NCBI GenBank assembly: GCA_038063875.1
Contig: JBBTUH010000028.1
Coordinates: 17,046-81,045 of the forward strand
Source: Patescibacteria group bacterium
GTDB taxonomy: Bacteria; Patescibacteriota; Microgenomatia; UBA10105; UBA927
Direction of reading: 5' to 3'
DNA: 64,000 nucleotides
Of the stretch, positions 1 to 9,964 are shown piece after piece. Made by a program: the position numbers and the translations under genes. The notes beneath the pieces were generated by a model, which saw only the letters and a program-made list of their open reading frames with translations, was not told the origin of the DNA and did no database searches. Every line of letters begins with the position of its first letter. The first letter of the stretch is position 1.

Positions 1-1076
1 TATCCCAAAACGCAACGACCTACGTATTAGATTGCCTACAATCCGGATGGATTTCTTCGGCAGGCACCTACATCGGTCGGTTTGAAACAGCATACGCAAA
101 ATTTTTAGGTGTCCGCCATGCTATTACAACCAGTAACGGTACTGCGGCCCTCCATCTTGCTGTGGCAAGCCTTGGCATTACCACGGGCGATGAAGTGCTC
201 ATGCCAGATCTTACGATCATCTCTTGTCCTTTGGCCGTCATGTACACAGGCGCCACACCCGTATTTGTCGATGTCGACCCTGTTACCTTTACCATCGATC
301 CAAATCGCATTGAAGCAAAAATTACCAAACGTACACGCGCCATCATGGTGGTTCATCTCTACGGACATCCCTGCGACATGGATCCCATCATGGCACTTGC
401 CAAAAAGTACAAACTCGCTGTCATCGAGGACGCGGCAGAAGCACACGGAGCGCTGTACAAAGGGAAACCCGTAGGCACAATCGGTACAATCGGCGCTTTT
501 AGTTTCTACGCCAATAAAATTGTCACAACAGGAGAGGGCGGCATGGTCATCACCAATCAAACACGTCTTGCCACTACCGCACGACTGCTCAAAGATCTCT
601 CCCACAGCCCTACACGTCGCTTTTGGCATACCAAGATTGGATTTAACTATCGACTCACCAATATATCGGCAGCTATTGGCTTGGCTCAACTTGAATCCAT
701 CAATACATACATCGCCAAAAAGAAATGGATGGCTAAAGAATACGCAAACGCATTAGCAGGTATTCCCTACCTCACACTCCCACAAGAAAAACCATGGGCA
801 GAGAGTGTGTACTGGATGTATGCCATCACCCTTACCAAAGATTCGCAAATAACGAAAAATGAACTACGAAACAGACTAAAGATTCGCGGTATAGACACGC
901 GGGATTTCTTTTACCCGTTACATACCCAACCGATATTGAGACACTTCGTAAACAAACACGATCGATTTCCCGTGTCAAACTTCGCCGCACGAAACGGCTT
1001 TTACCTCCCGTCTGGTCTGGCAATCACCAAGGAAGAAATTCAAAAAGTTGCAAAAGAACTCAAAGATATCTTATGA
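1..1076 (+). CDS. DegT/DnrJ/EryC1/StrS-family PLP-dependent sugar aminotransferase (5' end outside the window)
   Basis: The frame is open from base 3 (SQNATTYVLDCLQSGWISSAGTYIGRFETAYAKFLGVRHAITTSNGTAALHLA...) and continues into the listed ORF ending at 1076. Motifs are typical of DegT-type aminotransferases, including the TSNGTAAL / GDEV and KxxTTGEGGM (PLP lysine) regions. The stop overlaps the next gene's start (ATGA). Confidence 0.8.
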   Translation, partial: SQNATTYVLDCLQSGWISSAGTYIGRFETAYAKFLGVRHAITTSNGTAALHLAVASLGITTGDEVLMPDLTIISCPLAVMYTGATPVFVDVDPVTFTIDPNRIEAKITKRTRAIMVVHLYGHPCDMDPIMALAKKYKLAVIEDAAEAHGALYKGKPVGTIGTIGAFSFYANKIVTTGEGGMVITNQTRLATTARLLKDLSHSPTRRFWHTKIGFNYRLTNISAAIGLAQLESINTYIAKKKWMAKEYANALAGIPYLTLPQEKPWAESVYWMYAITLTKDSQITKNELRNRLKIRGIDTRDFFYPLHTQPILRHFVNKHDRFPVSNFAARNGFYLPSGLAITKEEIQKVAKELKDIL

Positions 1077-1720
1077 AATGCACCATACTCCTTCCCACAT
1101 ACAATGAGGCAGAAAATATTGCAGACCTTATTGCTGATATTCAAAAGTATCTTCCCACCGCAGATATATTGGTCGTTGATGATAATTCCCCAGATGGTAC
1201 GGCAAAAAAAGTAAAAACAAATGCTCGCGTTGACCTACTCGTGCGTCGAAACAATCGCGGTCTCACCAATAGTTTACGTGATGGCATACAAACCACAAAG
1301 ACTGATGTGGTGGCATGGATGGATTGTGACTTTTCCCATCCAGCCTTTGTGTTGCCGCAATTATTATCAGCAGTACATAACGGAGCAGATTTAGCACTCG
1401 CGAGCCGTATTCATAACCACGGACTAAGCGCACTACTCAATACTATTGCCATGCTCTTTTTTGGTAAAAAAATAACCGATTACACCACGGGATTTCTTGC
1501 GGTACGAAAAACAGTGCTTGATCATATCCCACTTCGCGGTAATTATGGAGAATATTGTATAGATTTACTGGTCCGCGCACAGGCGGCAGGATACCGCATA
1601 CAAGAAATTCCATACACCAGCCCGCCTAGACGTGCTGGAGTTTCAAAAACTATGCCGTTTCGTCAAGGATATGGATATATTGCAACCATCATACGACTCC
1701 TATGGACATCCGGCAAATAA
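1073..1720 (+). CDS. GT2-family glycosyltransferase, DPM1/GtrB-like polyprenyl-phosphate sugar synthase (short form, no C-terminal TM)
   Basis: The N-terminus reads ILLPTYNEAENI...LVVDDNSPDGT, followed by the DxD-type motif 'MDCDFSHP'. This is the classic GT-A fold of dolichyl/undecaprenyl-phosphate sugar synthases. The start is translationally coupled to the upstream aminotransferase. Confidence 0.75.
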   Translation: MKCTILLPTYNEAENIADLIADIQKYLPTADILVVDDNSPDGTAKKVKTNARVDLLVRRNNRGLTNSLRDGIQTTKTDVVAWMDCDFSHPAFVLPQLLSAVHNGADLALASRIHNHGLSALLNTIAMLFFGKKITDYTTGFLAVRKTVLDHIPLRGNYGEYCIDLLVRAQAAGYRIQEIPYTSPPRRAGVSKTMPFRQGYGYIATIIRLLWTSGK

Positions 1721-2277
1721 AATCATCTGATATTTCCGCAGTCACAGCGCTCCACATCCGCACACTTCCCTCAGCTATCGCTCGGATTGGCAATCCCTAC
1801 CTTTCGGATTTATACCACGCGCTCGATAAAAATCTCTGTCTTGTCGCTGTCGATGATGCAATGATTGTTGGGGTTATCAGCGCAACACAGGATTTAAAAA
1901 AAACACAAAAACAGATGCTGCGTGTATTTTTTTCTCCACACGTACTTTTCAACATCGCTTCAGCAATCGTAAAACAGCGCATTTCAATCACAGAACTTCT
2001 TGATCGCATCGTCACAGAACGCCAAATATTGCAAATATTTTCGACACCTTACCCCACCATCCTTACATTTTTCGTAGACAAATCTCATCAACGGCAGGGA
2101 GTAGGTACGCAGCTACTTCGCGCACTTCTAACAAAGTTGCCGAAAAATGTACCAGTATTTGTTGATACAGAAATCTCAAACGTCAACGCTACACGGTGGT
2201 ATCAAGCACGTGGCTTTCGTAAACAAAAGATTATCAACAGAAGCATCGTGCTGATGCTTATACCGCCCCCAAAATAA
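1702..2277 (+). CDS. GNAT-family N-acetyltransferase
   Basis: The C-terminal motif A reads 'RQGVGTQLLRALL', followed by '...ARGFRK', as in the GNAT acetyl-CoA binding fold. The start overlaps the GT2 gene. Confidence 0.5.
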   Translation: MDIRQIKSSDISAVTALHIRTLPSAIARIGNPYLSDLYHALDKNLCLVAVDDAMIVGVISATQDLKKTQKQMLRVFFSPHVLFNIASAIVKQRISITELLDRIVTERQILQIFSTPYPTILTFFVDKSHQRQGVGTQLLRALLTKLPKNVPVFVDTEISNVNATRWYQARGFRKQKIINRSIVLMLIPPPK

Positions 2278-4136
2278 AATATAGTAGGCTGATATTCATA
2301 GATAATCGTATGAAATCCTTTAGGAACAAAAAGTGTTCGAAATGTGTCCTTCGTCTTATCGATGCTCACTTTTTTACCATCTATTGTTGCTATCCACCCG
2401 GGGTACCAAACCTCAGAACTTATAAGCGTATCATTACATGTTGAATCAGTCGTCAATTCTATTTTATTCGGCAAATAGTTAGTTATTGTTACTTTACCGC
2501 AATCAGTGAAAAAATAAAAACGTGGTTTTACTGTAGTGTTTTCATATACTCGATACGTCGGTTGCTCTCGGACAAGACGGTATCGCGAATTCCCAATAAA
2601 CGAATCGTATGCGGCAGGGACAATAATATATTTAATATTCAAAAAATCAATTTCAGTAGCTGAATTTGATGTAAGATATGGCACTTGAACATCAACATCA
2701 AGCACTGCTTCTTTCCCACTCTTTCCTGAAGCAAGGGCAATGAATTCATAGTAGCTTCGAAGAATGGATGGATCATACCCCGTAGCAGACTGTATGCCAT
2801 ACGCCATCACGCTATCAAAATCCAAAGCATCTCTAGGAGTTACCCACACCCCAAAATTTTGCAACACTCGGTGTGGTTTCGTGTCTTGTTTCAAGAGTGC
2901 AATAAGTTCTCTGTCATGACGTGCTGCTGGAATTGGCTTCATTTCTATAAAATTTCTGGCAAAAAAAATTAATTCCACTATAACGATTACGCCAATTAAC
3001 CGTTGCAACCAAATAATTTTTATCATGGAAAAACCTATACCAGCAAGTCCTGCCAATCCAAACACTACGAGAATTAAATGCCTAGGGGGAATACGGAGGT
3101 ACTGATACATAGGGATAAATTGATAGAGAAGTTTTTGTAAATCAACGGGTGCATTGGGCCCAAGGGAAACCCAAATACCAAATACAACAATGAAAACAAA
3201 TACAAGAGACTTCCTCAATCCTAAAACAGCAAGCGCGAGTCCCCCTATCCCCACAAAGGCACTGTGTTCAATAAAATTTGGTGGCGGACCTATATACGTA
3301 TACGGATTGCCAAACGCAAAAGGATGTAAGAATTGCAATAAACTCCGCCACTCTAGTGATCCATACGAATGCCAAACGTACGGAAATTCAAACGTCCGAA
3401 TGCTTTGACCAAAAAATTCCGCTGCGGGAAGAATTTGTATTGCCGCAAGACAAACTCCTATAAATAATGCGATAAAAACCAACACTAAAGGACGAGCACT
3501 TCTTTGTTTAACACTTTCAAAAACTGCAACTATCAAAACTGCTATGACGGTAAAAAATGCCATAGTCTGATAACCTGATAAAAGTTGCAATGCAAATACG
3601 ACACTTGCAATCACGATGTTCTTTTTTTCTCGTGAAAACGCCCACACAGTCCATGGCATCCATGATGCTGCTGCGATCACATCTACGTGCCCTGCAAACG
3701 TACGCGCCATAAAAAACCCCGAGAGACCAAAAATCACTCCACTTATCCACCCACCTATCTCCCACATTTCCCCTCGTTCCCTTATTACCCATATCATAAA
3801 AATTCTCATCCCCAGCATCGCCCAAAAAATATGAAACGCTATATGCCACGAATAGGCGACATTAAGAGGTAAGAAAGAAAATAACCAATTTGGCGGATAC
3901 CAAATATTTACCACTGGATTTGCGATAAACGGCTCTCCGCCAAACAAATACGGATTCCACCATGGGAATATGCCCTGAGATATCCACGTGTTAAAAAACT
4001 CCCGATAAAAATAATACTGCCTATGGATATCATCACCAAAGACCATGTGTGTCGCATCTGGAAATAAAGCTTTTCCAAAAACTAAACCCACAAGCACTAC
4101 GTACCCCAAAATCGTATACATTATTTTTGTGCGCAT
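2202..4136 (-). CDS. Polytopic membrane protein, YfhO/GT-C-like glycosyltransferase
   Basis: The 644-aa protein has more than ten predicted TM helices. Its N-terminal region 'FFNTWISQGIFPWWNPYLFGGEPFIANP' resembles YfhO-family membrane glycosyltransferases, and a large C-terminal extracytoplasmic domain follows. The gene lies in an operon with the methyltransferase and GT-C genes. Confidence 0.5.
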   Translation of the reverse strand: MRTKIMYTILGYVVLVGLVFGKALFPDATHMVFGDDIHRQYYFYREFFNTWISQGIFPWWNPYLFGGEPFIANPVVNIWYPPNWLFSFLPLNVAYSWHIAFHIFWAMLGMRIFMIWVIRERGEMWEIGGWISGVIFGLSGFFMARTFAGHVDVIAAASWMPWTVWAFSREKKNIVIASVVFALQLLSGYQTMAFFTVIAVLIVAVFESVKQRSARPLVLVFIALFIGVCLAAIQILPAAEFFGQSIRTFEFPYVWHSYGSLEWRSLLQFLHPFAFGNPYTYIGPPPNFIEHSAFVGIGGLALAVLGLRKSLVFVFIVVFGIWVSLGPNAPVDLQKLLYQFIPMYQYLRIPPRHLILVVFGLAGLAGIGFSMIKIIWLQRLIGVIVIVELIFFARNFIEMKPIPAARHDRELIALLKQDTKPHRVLQNFGVWVTPRDALDFDSVMAYGIQSATGYDPSILRSYYEFIALASGKSGKEAVLDVDVQVPYLTSNSATEIDFLNIKYIIVPAAYDSFIGNSRYRLVREQPTYRVYENTTVKPRFYFFTDCGKVTITNYLPNKIELTTDSTCNDTLISSEVWYPGWIATIDGKKVSIDKTKDTFRTLFVPKGFHTIIYEYQPTIFYFGGGISISTMLLLIIFCLRKPRA

Positions 4137-4846
4137 ACAACCATTGTTGCTCCATTGTAAAATCGTATAAATCGTGACAATAAAAGTTCAACATGAAACA
4201 ACCATTTTAATACCATGTTTATAATCGGTGGCATTTTTTGAAGGTGAGCAGCCACTTCTTTTTTATTGTGCCACACACGATAAAATGGCAATAACAACGA
4301 ATTCCAATATGATTGCCGTACTATCTTAAACCCTGTGCTATGCAACTTTTCTAAAAGCTCCTCATATTCATACCGTCGCACATGACCAGACTGCGTATCT
4401 ACCAAAGACCACATGTCCCTACCCGCGGGAACGGTAAGCAAAAGATATCCATTTACCGTGAGTAATCGATAACATGCCTGCAAAAATCCTTTATCATCCC
4501 GTATATGCTCAAGCACATCAAACGCACCCACGACGTCATAGCGTTTGGCTGACGTGTACCTAAAGATTGACTGACGTATCAGTTTCCCGTGTGTTCGTTT
4601 TGCAGCATAGGAAAGTGCCTTTTCGTTTACATCCAACCCTGTCGTGATGAATCCAAGCTTTTCCAGTGTCGCCATCACAATCCCCGTCCCACATCCTATC
4701 TCGAGAAACGTCTTTGATGTGTATGGACTGGAGATAGTAGCATGGATCAGTGAAGTGATCATGGTATTTCTTGCCGTAAACCAAAAATGATGGTCTTCTA
4801 CTGACGCAATCATTTGATACAAGGATGATGGATACGTTTGCGACAT
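4121..4846 (-). CDS. Class I SAM-dependent methyltransferase
   Basis: Motif I is 'FLEIGCGTGIVMATLEKLGF..TGLDVNEKAL' and post-I is 'VVGAFDVLEHI'. Confidence 0.75.
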   Translation of the reverse strand: MSQTYPSSLYQMIASVEDHHFWFTARNTMITSLIHATISSPYTSKTFLEIGCGTGIVMATLEKLGFITTGLDVNEKALSYAAKRTHGKLIRQSIFRYTSAKRYDVVGAFDVLEHIRDDKGFLQACYRLLTVNGYLLLTVPAGRDMWSLVDTQSGHVRRYEYEELLEKLHSTGFKIVRQSYWNSLLLPFYRVWHNKKEVAAHLQKMPPIINMVLKWLFHVELLLSRFIRFYNGATMVVCAQK

Positions 4847-4848
4847 AG

Positions 4849-6411
4849 TTATTCAAGAGAATACACGGTCACATAGGCATTTGAATATCTGTTGATCAAG
4901 AATGGGTAAGGAATGCGTAAATCCCGCACACCTGCTTCTGATTTCTCTTCCGGTCCGTAAAAAACAACACGAAGAGCATTTTGCTTCATCCATAGTTTGG
5001 CATCATCAGGGCTCATACGTCCCGCAAAAAATTGTGCTGCGATTTCCTTTTTCTTTTCAAAAGAAACAGTATTATCATGCCCCATATACACAGTGCGACC
5101 GATATACGCCGGTATATAATTCCCAGCAGTACTCCCCGAGAGCACTACTGAATCGACCGTAAAATTATCTTGGATATACCCCATACCGGCAACAAAATCT
5201 TTCAATGGATACATGACGAAACTGCCCGTCGGTACAAGCGGGGACGTTGCACGTATTTTGTGATCGATAAAGTCTCGTTGCCACAACCATGAAGAATACA
5301 TATGGAGAAGACCCATGGCAATAAGCACAATAGCCACAACGCGCCTTGGTCGACCAATTTTATACAACAAATATGCCGAAAGTACACCAAGCGGCACGTG
5401 GGGGATCATTTCAGAAAACCGCAACGGACTCTGTTGAGGGACAAATTTAAAAACGACAAGCAGTCCAATCCACGAAATCACCCATGCGACAGACAAAAAC
5501 ATTCCTCGTTCTCTTTTCCAAAGCGCGACGATAAGTCCTATAAGTCCTATAGGACCAATTGGCCCTATCGCTTTTATATATTCAAGATAGTCAAACGGCA
5601 ATGGTCGTATAACATCGACCTCAATTAATCGTTTCCATGGGTACACGTGCGTCATAAGACCCAAATACACAAGAGAAGGCATACTGATAAGAAATATAAG
5701 AAGGTAGGGCGTGATAAATTTCACCATCCCCTTCCCCTGCAAAAGTGCATACACCCCCATTACGGTGTAAACAAACAAAAGTCCTGGTGGAAACACCATT
5801 CCCAAAAGAAGTGCCAATATTCCCAAAAATATAGTATTTTTCCTTGATGGAAGCATCATCACCAAAAATACGATGAGTGCTTGCCCTGCTAAAAGATGGG
5901 GAATAAAGGTAATGCGTTGCAAACTATCCATCACAGACCACCACGGCATATACCCTCCAAACCTAGGAATGCCTTCAACAAACACAAGTTTTGACCATGA
6001 TGACGCCGTGACAACAAGTAAAAAGGCAAGTATATTGTAATTTGTATATTTGGCAATCAGCGCTAATAGTGTTACGGCCAAGACAACGCGCGCTACATGA
6101 TACACATCTCCAGCTTTCCCCCACGGTACACGCACAGAGGCACCAACTCGACCCATCAGAACGTACAGCTCATGGATAAGCGAACCATCATGAGGCTCAG
6201 AAGTATATCGCTCTACACTGGTCCACCTGCCTTCTAATCCTTGACGTATGCGAGAAAGGTAGAAATTATAATCCGTAGGGAAATTATGTACGAGCTCAAA
6301 CTGACGATTAGGCTGGAGATCACCTGATCGTTTCAACTCATACAATGTCGGAAGCAAAGAAAACAAAACAAACCCAAGTATAATAATATTCCATATCCAT
6401 TTTCTTGCCAT
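4849..6411 (-). CDS. Polytopic membrane protein, putative GT-C glycosyltransferase (paralogue A)
   Basis: The 520-aa protein has about 12 TM helices. Its N-terminal loop 'HNFPTDYNFYLSRIRQGLEGRW' is paralogous to the ORF at 8249..9886 ('HNYPEDYFYYLHLMRQGYDGQW'). Confidence 0.5.
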   Translation of the reverse strand: MARKWIWNIIILGFVLFSLLPTLYELKRSGDLQPNRQFELVHNFPTDYNFYLSRIRQGLEGRWTSVERYTSEPHDGSLIHELYVLMGRVGASVRVPWGKAGDVYHVARVVLAVTLLALIAKYTNYNILAFLLVVTASSWSKLVFVEGIPRFGGYMPWWSVMDSLQRITFIPHLLAGQALIVFLVMMLPSRKNTIFLGILALLLGMVFPPGLLFVYTVMGVYALLQGKGMVKFITPYLLIFLISMPSLVYLGLMTHVYPWKRLIEVDVIRPLPFDYLEYIKAIGPIGPIGLIGLIVALWKRERGMFLSVAWVISWIGLLVVFKFVPQQSPLRFSEMIPHVPLGVLSAYLLYKIGRPRRVVAIVLIAMGLLHMYSSWLWQRDFIDHKIRATSPLVPTGSFVMYPLKDFVAGMGYIQDNFTVDSVVLSGSTAGNYIPAYIGRTVYMGHDNTVSFEKKKEIAAQFFAGRMSPDDAKLWMKQNALRVVFYGPEEKSEAGVRDLRIPYPFLINRYSNAYVTVYSLE

Positions 6412-6425
6412 AGTTATTATTCTAT

Positions 6426-6959
6426 GTGATAATGCGTATCATGGATACTCCGATAATTTATAAACAAGACTACTCTCCCAAACCAACAATCGATAATGTC
6501 CAAATACTCCAAATCCGTAATTTTGTGGGAGAAAACGGCGACTTCTCCGAACTCTTGCGCTTGACGGATGCTGGTGAAAGTGAACTCATTGCAGGGTTTC
6601 ATATTCGTCAGATAAACAGAAGCAAGCAATATACCAAGGCAGTTAAAGCATGGCACCTTCACTATAAACAAGACGAAATATGGTACGTACCGCCTGATGA
6701 ACATCTTCTTTTGGGGCTTTGGGATGTGCGTGATGATTCTAAAACGAAAGGGGTACTTCAAAAAATCCCGTTAGGCGGCGGCAATTCGATAGCAGTCTAT
6801 ATCCCCCGAGGAGTTGCACATGGCGCGGTCAATTTCTCTGGCAAAAAAGCAAATGTCTACTACTTTGTGAACAATCAATTTGATCAGGCTTCGCCTGACG
6901 AACATCGCCTACCATGGGACGCCGCTGGAAAAGAATTCTGGGATGCTCCAAAAGAATAG
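6426..6959 (+). CDS. RmlC-like cupin (dTDP-4-dehydrorhamnose 3,5-epimerase / sugar ketoisomerase family)
   Basis: 'KAWHLHYKQDEIWYVPPDEHLLLGLWDVRDDSKTKG' parallels the RmlC 'RGLHyQ...QxKLVRvv.G.ifDVaVDlR..SptfG' core, including the His and Lys, and 'PRGVAHG' matches GfAHGF. The true start may be a few codons downstream (MRIM/MDTP). Confidence 0.6.
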   Translation: MIMRIMDTPIIYKQDYSPKPTIDNVQILQIRNFVGENGDFSELLRLTDAGESELIAGFHIRQINRSKQYTKAVKAWHLHYKQDEIWYVPPDEHLLLGLWDVRDDSKTKGVLQKIPLGGGNSIAVYIPRGVAHGAVNFSGKKANVYYFVNNQFDQASPDEHRLPWDAAGKEFWDAPKE

Positions 6960-7555
6960 TAAAAATGGATGATGCACCAAACACAAAAACTATAGGACTC
7001 GCGCTCGTCATAAGCGTTATTCTTATTTCTGGCGTATTTGTTGCATTTTCCAATGCCAATAAACAACAAGGCCAAATAGTACTCCCTGCTGGCGGCACGT
7101 ATTTAGGACCCACCCCCACGAATACACAAGAAAACTGGATCCAGCGCAAAGGTAAAATCTACCCCTATGCCTTTCTCTACCCTGACACGCTCTCTCTTGG
7201 TGAATTTCCAAATGACCCCACTGATAGTGTGACAATGTTTATTGCTAACACAGATGCAAATACCAACCTCTTTTTTCGTGTCGAAACACTAACCGTCAAA
7301 CCAATTGAGTACGCACAAAACTGGTGGAAACAATACAACTGGAAAGGCGTATCATCTGTCAGTGCATTTACCAATAGTAAGGGATTGACAGGCTACCGCG
7401 CTAAATATCTGGATAATAACGGTACTACTCCATACGACCACGTATTTTTTGAAGTGCCTAAGCAAACTGATTTAATAATCTGGATCAGTGGCAAACTATT
7501 TGAGCCGAGTGTGTTTGATACGCTCGTTGACTCTGTCGACTGGAAATTGCCTTAA
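6914..7555 (+). CDS. Hypothetical membrane-anchored exported protein
   Basis: The likely start is M at about 6965 (MDDAPNTKT). It has a single N-terminal TM helix (IGLALVISVILISGVFVAF) followed by a soluble Asn/Thr-rich domain. No family was recognised. Confidence 0.4.
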   Translation: MGRRWKRILGCSKRIVKMDDAPNTKTIGLALVISVILISGVFVAFSNANKQQGQIVLPAGGTYLGPTPTNTQENWIQRKGKIYPYAFLYPDTLSLGEFPNDPTDSVTMFIANTDANTNLFFRVETLTVKPIEYAQNWWKQYNWKGVSSVSAFTNSKGLTGYRAKYLDNNGTTPYDHVFFEVPKQTDLIIWISGKLFEPSVFDTLVDSVDWKLP

Positions 7556-7560
7556 AAAAT

Positions 7561-7983
7561 CTAATTTTTTGCCCCTATCAACTCTATTTTCCCCAACTGC
7601 TTTGCTTTATCAAAATATTTTTTATCAGCAGTTATGTACATCGCATTTCTTGCTATCGAAAGCACGTGGTAAGACGCGTCGTAGACCGTCGTTCCACAGT
7701 CATAGGAAAACGATAATGCTTTCTGAATAAGCGCATCGCTTAGAGGCACGATAAGTATCGGGAGTTGTAGCAAAATTGAGCCTATTTCCTCCGCTATCTT
7801 TTGATCCTTAAGAGTAAATCGAAGTCCGTTTGCCACCTCAAGAGGAAGAAGTGGTGTAGAAAGTAAAATTAACGTTCTTTTTTTGGCATCACGTAACATA
7901 TTGGAAAATATATCTACTAATGCAGTATCTTCTTTAAGTAAAAATCGTAAAATGACGGATGCGTCCACGACAAAAGTTTTCAT
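7561..7983 (-). CDS. vapC: PIN-domain ribonuclease toxin (VapC-like)
   Basis: 'VVDASVIL' supplies the first acidic residue, with 'LLSTPLLPLEVANGL' following. The distal 'TTVYDASYHVLS' carries the D/E of the PIN fold. The start overlaps the upstream antitoxin stop by 4 bp. Confidence 0.75.
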   Translation of the reverse strand: MKTFVVDASVILRFLLKEDTALVDIFSNMLRDAKKRTLILLSTPLLPLEVANGLRFTLKDQKIAEEIGSILLQLPILIVPLSDALIQKALSFSYDCGTTVYDASYHVLSIARNAMYITADKKYFDKAKQLGKIELIGAKN

Positions 7984-8252
7984 ATTCTTCCTTTCGTGAT
8001 CGCCGCACGAATTGCATGATCAGACACTCTGGGTAATCGGTTGCGAATTGCTATAAAGTCTTCTACAGGATCTTTACTGGTATCCCGAAGGAGCTTCTCT
8101 TCCAGTACTTTAGTGATAAACCTACTTACATGCCGCTTCCCTACGGTTGCAGAAAGATACTCTGCTATATGTACGGGCAAACTAATACTGATTTTATTTA
8201 CAGTCATACTCATAGTATGAATTACATTACTACTATTTTTCGTGTTTGTCAA
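7980..8252 (-). CDS. Putative antitoxin (RHH-like) of the VapC pair
   Basis: The 90-aa ORF is translationally coupled to the PIN gene. 'ISISLPVHIAEYLSATVGKRHVSRFITKVLEEKL' fits a ribbon-helix-helix pattern. The real start may be the internal Met (MSMTVNK). Confidence 0.45.
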   Translation of the reverse strand: MTNTKNSSNVIHTMSMTVNKISISLPVHIAEYLSATVGKRHVSRFITKVLEEKLLRDTSKDPVEDFIAIRNRLPRVSDHAIRAAITKGRI

Positions 8253-9886
8253 TCTCGTATGAAATCACCGTACCTCATACACAGACACTCCCCCGAAACA
8301 AACGATGGACGTGATTTTAAAAGCGGCAAAAAATCGGTTCCTGTAATGCCTACCATCGTAATCACATGTGACACTCGATACAATAAAAGGAGTTCTTTTT
8401 TCCTTACAAGCGGCGTATCGCTTGAAAATAAAAAAGTATTCATATCCGTCATTTTTGACTCATTTTGCCATGTCATTAGTCGGTGACCCGACACGCTTCT
8501 ACATGATGTGTACGAAGGCACCATCGTATCTACCCAATCAGATGAAGCGACGACACACGAATCTTTAGATGGGATGCTATTAAGATACATAAATGCTTTT
8601 TGTATATCGATGGGGATGTACACCTGCGGATTGTCGATTTTAGATTCCATTTTTCGTAAAGAAGCTGATACACTTACATACCAAGAAGGAACACTCAAAA
8701 CGATAACTATAATGACCAAAAGCGTCAACGTACTCTTTCGCTTGTATGTACGTTCAATCCACAAAAGTCCCTGCGTAGCCAAGATACCAAGCGCAATCCA
8801 TTGGTATCCTGCAAGATACCGGCTATTTGAGAGAGGTAAAAACGGTCCTATCACAAACAAAAAAACCCATCCTACTATTACCCAGCACACGAGCATACGA
8901 GAAATTGTGTTTGTCCCAAATCCTACGACTGCTCCAAGAAGAGCTACCCATAATACTGGACCAAACGATTGTATATACGCGCGTACAGAAACAGCAAGCA
9001 AGCCTCCTTGCTCCCACGGTGGGGCGTACGTCGTCCACGGAAACGAAGAGTGCGCCAGCGACTGATGATACAGCGCGACTATCCCTGCTACACCCATACT
9101 GATTACCCCGAGAAGGAGCGTCTGGGTGTTCATCGTTCGTTTTTTTATAAAACTCATCACGATCTCTATCCCCAACCATATTCCTATCGTACTAACGTAG
9201 GTAATAAGGATGACCGGACTTATAAACCCCATAATGATCGTCATCATGACTGCAAATATCATCGGTAACAGACGATCTCTAAGCGAGCGTGATTGTTTTT
9301 TCACCGAATCAGTCAATAAAAGAAGCAGCAGCAAAAAGAAAATTTTTGACCACAAATGGTGCGGTATAAATGACAAACGCATCAACGGGTCAAGCTCGGT
9401 CCATACACGAATAAGAGAAGGAACGTGTACTCCGTTTTGTCCCCAGTCTGGCCAAAATGTAGCGGATAACGTAATGACCAGCGCGCCAATCCGATATCGT
9501 AAGTCTGGAAATACCCGCCGTATTACGCCATATATACACCCCATCAGAGTTACGGCTCCGGTAACCCTCGCAATGGTATACAACGCATCCATCCCCAACG
9601 GAAATATGAGCGCTACTTTACCCAATACAATAAAAAAAATCGCCACAAGCTGTGGTGTAAATACCTCGGGCGTCATACGAGTGGTAGATAACCATTGCCC
9701 ATCGTATCCTTGACGCATAAGGTGAAGGTAATAAAAATAATCTTCCGGATAGTTATGAAGAAACGAATAGACTGTTTTCGTCGGCGTTTGAATTGCATAC
9801 AAAAACGTTTCCAAAAAAGAAAGAACAACAAAAATAACAATGACGACAGTTACCACTCGCATTTCTTTCGTTCCCATAGATCCCAT
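8249..9886 (-). CDS. Polytopic membrane protein, putative GT-C glycosyltransferase (paralogue B)
   Basis: The 545-aa protein has more than 12 TM helices and is a paralogue of 4849..6411, sharing the N-terminal 'HNYPEDYFYYLHLMRQGYDGQW' loop. Confidence 0.5.
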   Translation of the reverse strand: MGSMGTKEMRVVTVVIVIFVVLSFLETFLYAIQTPTKTVYSFLHNYPEDYFYYLHLMRQGYDGQWLSTTRMTPEVFTPQLVAIFFIVLGKVALIFPLGMDALYTIARVTGAVTLMGCIYGVIRRVFPDLRYRIGALVITLSATFWPDWGQNGVHVPSLIRVWTELDPLMRLSFIPHHLWSKIFFLLLLLLLTDSVKKQSRSLRDRLLPMIFAVMMTIIMGFISPVILITYVSTIGIWLGIEIVMSFIKKRTMNTQTLLLGVISMGVAGIVALYHQSLAHSSFPWTTYAPPWEQGGLLAVSVRAYIQSFGPVLWVALLGAVVGFGTNTISRMLVCWVIVGWVFLFVIGPFLPLSNSRYLAGYQWIALGILATQGLLWIERTYKRKSTLTLLVIIVIVLSVPSWYVSVSASLRKMESKIDNPQVYIPIDIQKAFMYLNSIPSKDSCVVASSDWVDTMVPSYTSCRSVSGHRLMTWQNESKMTDMNTFLFSSDTPLVRKKELLLLYRVSHVITMVGITGTDFLPLLKSRPSFVSGECLCMRYGDFIRD

Positions 9887-9929
9887 GAGCGTATGATATA
9901 CTAAAACACAAGAAAAATTACGCGAACCC

Positions 9930-9958
9930 TTGAAATCCTATAGTAAATCTGTTATACT
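9930..9958 (+). promoter_or_regulatory. Sigma70-like promoter (TTGAAA-17 nt-TATACT) driving a leaderless transcript of the 9965/9968 ORF
   Basis: The -35 hexamer TTGAAA (9930-9935), a 17-nt spacer and the -10 hexamer TATACT (9953-9958) are present. The ATG at 9968 is only ~10 nt downstream, with no room for an SD. Confidence 0.45.
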
Positions 9959-9964
9959 CTATTA

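Noticed and set aside
105-689. 194-aa minus-strand ORF overlapping the DegT aminotransferase
   Set aside because: It is antisense to a clearly homologous, well-conserved aminotransferase frame, and has a Cys/His-rich nonsense-like composition.
3154-3849. Small ORFs on both strands inside the YfhO-like gene (3154..3408, 3278..3463, 3517..3849, 3616..3834, 3687..3872)
   Set aside because: They overlap a continuous 644-aa multi-TM frame and have no independent support.
8508-9713. Plus-strand ORFs 8508..9065, 8827..9102, 8969..9268 and 9210..9713 within GT-C paralogue B
   Set aside because: They are antisense or out of frame relative to a 545-aa multi-TM protein with a recognisable paralogue. 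They are Arg/His-rich, as expected for reverse frames of TM-coding DNA.
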